Of a DNA stretch of 64,000 nt, positions 59,216 through 64,000 are shown piece by piece (the stretch's first letter is position 1; the number at the start of each line of letters is the position of its first letter). Source of the DNA: Eledone cirrhosa (Eukaryota); assembly GCA_964016885.1 (NCBI GenBank), contig OZ024765.1, positions 14,818,001-14,882,000 of the forward strand, given 5' to 3'. Position numbers and translations under genes: made by a program. Under the pieces are notes generated by a model. The model worked only from the letters and a program-made list of their open reading frames with translations, was not told where the DNA came from and did not search any database.

Positions 59216-59425
59216 AAGTGTTTCCGTAGAAAAGGTCAAGGAAAGGAGAATGCTCTATGTAGACTACAGAGCTATTTAGTTATGTAATAAACAACATAAG
59301 ACAATAATTTCCATTACGAAAGGTTTGACGAAGATAGCCGAACGATTTCAGCTGTCTGTGTGAAGCTCGTCTGTCTTCGTGAAACCTTTGGTAAATGAAA
59401 TAATTGTCTTATCGTGTTTATTACA

Positions 59426-59503
<78 letters not shown>

Positions 59504-59561
59504 TATATACAATGATATTAAATAAATGGAAACTATATTTATATTTATAAAACCATATTTA

Positions 59562-59618
59562 TTCTATTATATTTATTTCAAGGGTACCAACAACTTGGTA
59601 CGCTTTCATCAGATAAAA
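59562..59618 (-). ncRNA. Type I hammerhead ribozyme in the same pseudo-LTR family (element ~59512-59785)
   Basis: Minus strand: TTTTAT-CTGATGA-aagcgtaccaa/ttggtaccctt-GAAA-TAAATA-TA-ATAGAA. Confidence 0.8.
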
Positions 59619-59803
59619 TACAAAGTGTGTTTTATAAATTTTGACATAACCAAGGAACATACCTTGTCAGTTGAAATATTCCTTGGATAATTTAATATCA
59701 TTGAATATTTGCTCCAGAAAAAACTGTCCAGTGCTGTGAATCAGTTATAAACATTTATATTTGTTGAATTACCAACAAATTGATTACCCCTTCTGCTTAT
59801 ATA

Positions 59804-60070
59804 TAGGAAAATATCTGAGACCCCGACGGCAGAGCTCAAACCGTTTCGACTGCTATTTCCAGAAATAGCCGTCGAAACGGCTTGAGCCCTGCCGTCGTGG
59901 TCATACATGTTCCTATATATATATATAGATATAACAAAGGAATTGTGGTAAGGAACCAGATGGACCATAACGTACCAGAATACTCTATACTTAGGGTAGT
60001 ACAGTGAGAAATTGTCCAGAAATAGCAATCGAAACGACTTGAGCTCTGCCGTCGGGGGTCATACTTTTTC
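59804..60070. mobile_element. Two fold-back copies of the ~140-nt family (59804-59913, 59932-60070); another partial copy at 63812-63868
   Basis: Same consensus; inversion points at (GT)CCAGAAATAGC. Confidence 0.85.
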
Positions 60071-60851
60071 TTATATATAAATATATATATATATCGGCAC
60101 ACACCCAGACATACCGACCAACAAACGCACAGACCACAATCACATACATACACAAACATCCACGCACAGATACACACACACACACGCACACAGACAAACC
60201 CAGAAACAACAATGACACACATACACACACACACACATATACACACAGACACACACACACACACAAACCCAGAAACCACAATGAGACACATGCACACACA
60301 TACACATACGCACATACACACACATATACAGACACACACACACACACCCAGCAACCACAATGACACATACACACACACATATAGAGACACACACACAGAC
60401 AAACCCATAAACAACAATGACACACATACACACGCACACATACACAAAGCCAGAAACCACAATGACCCACATACACACACACACATACGCACATACACAC
60501 ACACATACAGACCCACACACACACACATACAAAGTCAGACAGGCAGACAGGCAGACAGACTGACGTATCAATAGCGCTGGTGTTATTCTTTACGTTTTTA
60601 TGATGTTGGAATCATGAGGGCGGCGGCGGTGTAGTTGGAGGTGGTGGGGGTCGAGGCGGTGGGGGTGGCGGGGGGTCGAGGCGGTGTTGGTGGTGGTGGT
60701 GGAGGTCTAGTGGTGGTGGGGTTGCTTTTATCGATTGTCCATCTTTTATAAGAGTCGATCAATGCAGCACTGTAATGATGTGACCTGACACTGCATATAT
60801 ATATATGTATATATATACACATATGTATATATGTGTATATATATGTATGTA

Positions 60852-60934
<83 letters not shown>

Positions 60935-61119
60935 ATATGTATATATATATATATGTATGTATATATGTATATATATATATATATATGTATGTATATATGT
61001 ATATATATATATACATATATGTATGTATATATGTATATATATATATATATATGTATGTATATATGTATATATATATATATATATATGTATGTATATATGT
61101 ATATATATATATATATGTA

Positions 61120-61219
<100 letters not shown>

Positions 61220-61220
61220 G

Positions 61221-61252
<32 letters not shown>

Positions 61253-61329
61253 TACGTATATATATATTCATATATATATATATATATGTATATGTATATA
61301 CATATATATATATATATATATATTATATG

Positions 61330-61362
<33 letters not shown>

Positions 61363-61363
61363 G

Positions 61364-61408
<45 letters not shown>

Positions 61409-61411
61409 ATG

Positions 61412-61443
<32 letters not shown>

Positions 61444-61471
61444 CATACATACATATATGTGTATATATATA

Positions 61472-61529
<58 letters not shown>

Positions 61530-61689
61530 TATATATGTACGTACATATAAACAGTTATATACTTTAATGTTTGTTCTTGAATACTTCGACCCCTCTATCC
61601 AAGTCCTATTTTATTGCACGAAATAGCAACATTCGTCATTAGATGATATGTTTTGTGTCTATTCCTTTTGAGTTCTATAAAAACCACTG

Positions 61690-63565
61690 AACACAGAAAA
61701 CATTCTCTGCTTTTACGAGCTCTACTTACCTAACATTAATATACAGTAGAAATATGTCGGTTAAGTCTAACCAGTACGTGAGTAATTTGGAAATCGAAGG
61801 ATAAAAAGCAATGTTTATATCGGCGGGTTTGAAACACAACGCGAAAACCCACAAGACAACGCTTCAACGGTTTGAACACAACGCTAATTTACCGACAAGA
61901 CAATTTGGGCGAAGAAATATGTCGGTTAAGTCTAACCAGTACGTGAGTATTTTCGAAATATGAAGGATAAAAAGCAAAGTTTATATCGGCGGGGTTTGAA
62001 ACACAACGCGAAAACCCACAAGACAACGCTTCAACGGTTTGAACACAACGCTAATATACCGACAAGACAATTTGGGCGAAGAAATATGTCGGTTAAGTCT
62101 AACCAGTACGTGAGTAATTTCGAAATATGAAGGATAAAAAGCAAAGTTTACCTCGGCGGGGTTTGAAAGACAACTCTAAAAGCAACGGAAATTTTTTTCT
62201 GGTTTTATGAGAGCTACATTCCTAATTTTAATATATAGTTGCTAATTTAGGTACAAGACCGGTAATTTAGGTGAAGAAATATGTCGGTTAGGTCTAACCA
62301 GTTCGTGAGTAATTTCGAAATACGAAGGATAAAAAGTAAAGTTTACCTCGGCAGGGTTTGAAACACAACGCGAAAACCAATGGAAAAAAATGTCTCTGGT
62401 TTTATGAGAGTTCTACATTCCTACCTTTAATATATAGTCGCTAATTTAGGCAAATGAGCAGCGATCTAGAGTAAGAGGTGAGTTAGTTAAATCGAACCAG
62501 TACATGATTGATATAGTGTCTTATTTTATTGAACTAAGAAGGATAAAAGCAAAGTTTACTTCGACTGGGTTTGAACATAACGTGAAAACCAACGAAAATT
62601 AATTTCTCTGGTTTTATGAGAGCAACATTCCTAGCTTTAATATACAGTTCCTAATTTAGGTAAATGACCAGACATTTGGGAGAAGAAATATGTGGGTTAA
62701 ATCTCATCAGTACGTGAGTAACTTCGAAGTACGAAGGATAAAAAGCAAAGTTTAACCTCGACGGGGTTTGAACACATGGCGAAAACCAACAGACAAAAAT
62801 TCTCTGGTTTTATGAGAGTTATACATTGCTAACTTTATTATATGGTTGCTAATTTAGGCAAATGACCAGAAAATTGGGCAAAGAAATATGTCGGTTAAAT
62901 CTAACCAGTAAGTGTGTGACTTCGAAGTACGAAGGATAAAATGCAAAGTTTACCTCGACGGGGTTTGAACACAAGGCGAAAACCAACAGACAAAAATTCT
63001 CTCGTTTTATGAGAGTTATACATTCCTAACTTTATTATATATTTCCTAATTTAGGTACAAGACCGGTAATTTAGGTGAAGAAATATGTCGGTTAGATGTA
63101 ACCAGTTCTTGATTGATATAGTGTTCTATTTTATCGAAATACGGAAGATGAAAGGCAAAGTCACCCTCAATGGGGTTTGAAAAACATCGTGAAAACGAAC
63201 GGAGAAATTATTTCTCTGATTTTATGAGATTTACATTCCTAACATTAATACATAGTTGCTAATTTAGCCACAAGACCGCCAATTTGTGTGAAGAAATATG
63301 TCGGTTAGGTCTAACTAGTACGTGAGTTACTTCGAAATACAAAGGATAAACAGCAAAGTTTACCTGGACGGGATTTGAACACAACGCGAAAACCAAGGGA
63401 AAAAATGTCTCTGGTTTTATGAGAGTTATACATTCCTAACTTTAATATATAGTCGCTAATTTAGGCAAATGAGCAGCAATCTAGAGTAAGAGGTAAGTTA
63501 GTTAAATAGAACCAGTACCTGATTGATATGGTGTCTTATTTTATCGAACTATGAAGGATGAAATA
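61690..63565 (-). repeat. Tandem array of ~170-200-bp SINE-derived units (~10 units)
   Basis: Each unit has GAAGGATAAAAAGCAAAGTTTACCTCG.CGGG.TTTGAA, a diverged form of the SINE core and B box, plus AGAAATATGTCGGTTA. Confidence 0.85.
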
Positions 63566-63715
63566 GGCGGCGAATTGACAGAGTCGTTAGAATATCAGAT
63601 AGAATGCTTTGTGGTACTCGTCCCGCCTCTTTGCGTTCAAATCCTACTGAGGTCAACTTTGTCTTTCATCCTTTCGAGGTCGATAAAAAAGAACCAGTCT
63701 AGTACTGGTGTCGAT
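63566..63715 (+). mobile_element. Diverged tRNA-SINE copy
   Basis: GGCGGCGAATTGACAGAGTCGTTAG..GCGTTCAAATCC..CTTTCATCCTTTCGAGGTCGATAAAA. Confidence 0.8.
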
Positions 63716-63755
63716 TCTTCCTCTATATTTCTTTCTCATTTCCACTCTCTCTCTT

Positions 63756-63815
<60 letters not shown>

Positions 63816-64000
63816 AACGAGTAGGACCTCGACGGCTGAGCTTAAGCCGTTTCGACGGCTAATTCTGAACACATCGCGAAAACAAACAGAAAAAAACGTT
63901 CTCTGCTTTTAGCAAATACGAAACATTCTTTGCAAATTAGAAATGTGTGTCATAGCTCTGGAATAGCGATGTATAAATGAATGTCCCTATTGTATATTTA

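Overview
Eukaryotic, AT-rich, repeat-saturated genomic DNA, most likely from an octopus (inferred from the SINE families and the very high density of (TA)n, (CA)n, (GA)n and trinucleotide repeats). Nearly all ORFs in the supplied track are microsatellite artefacts. The only credible protein-coding segment is a Ser/Thr/Pro-rich mucin-like exon at the left edge (18 x 14-aa repeats), followed in the same frame, after a single TAG, by an Asn-rich and then Asp-rich stretch. The rest contains about 20 tRNA-derived SINE copies, LINE fragments (RTE, R4/Dong-like, CRE-like), piggyBac- and hAT-type MITEs, Helitron ends and three notable tandem arrays (91 bp, 79 bp, ~180 bp). The most interesting signal is a set of small, (TA)n-associated, mostly fold-back elements carrying type I hammerhead ribozymes: 6 motifs with intact cores plus damaged partners. 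Their stem II sequences differ but covary, and all keep a C-pyrimidine mismatch at pair 4. A second ~140-nt fold-back family has a fixed 5' end. Both look like non-autonomous Penelope-like retroelements. A candidate recursive splice site lies on the minus strand. Repeat boundaries are approximate (about +/-10 bp) and were read by eye; no database searches were run.
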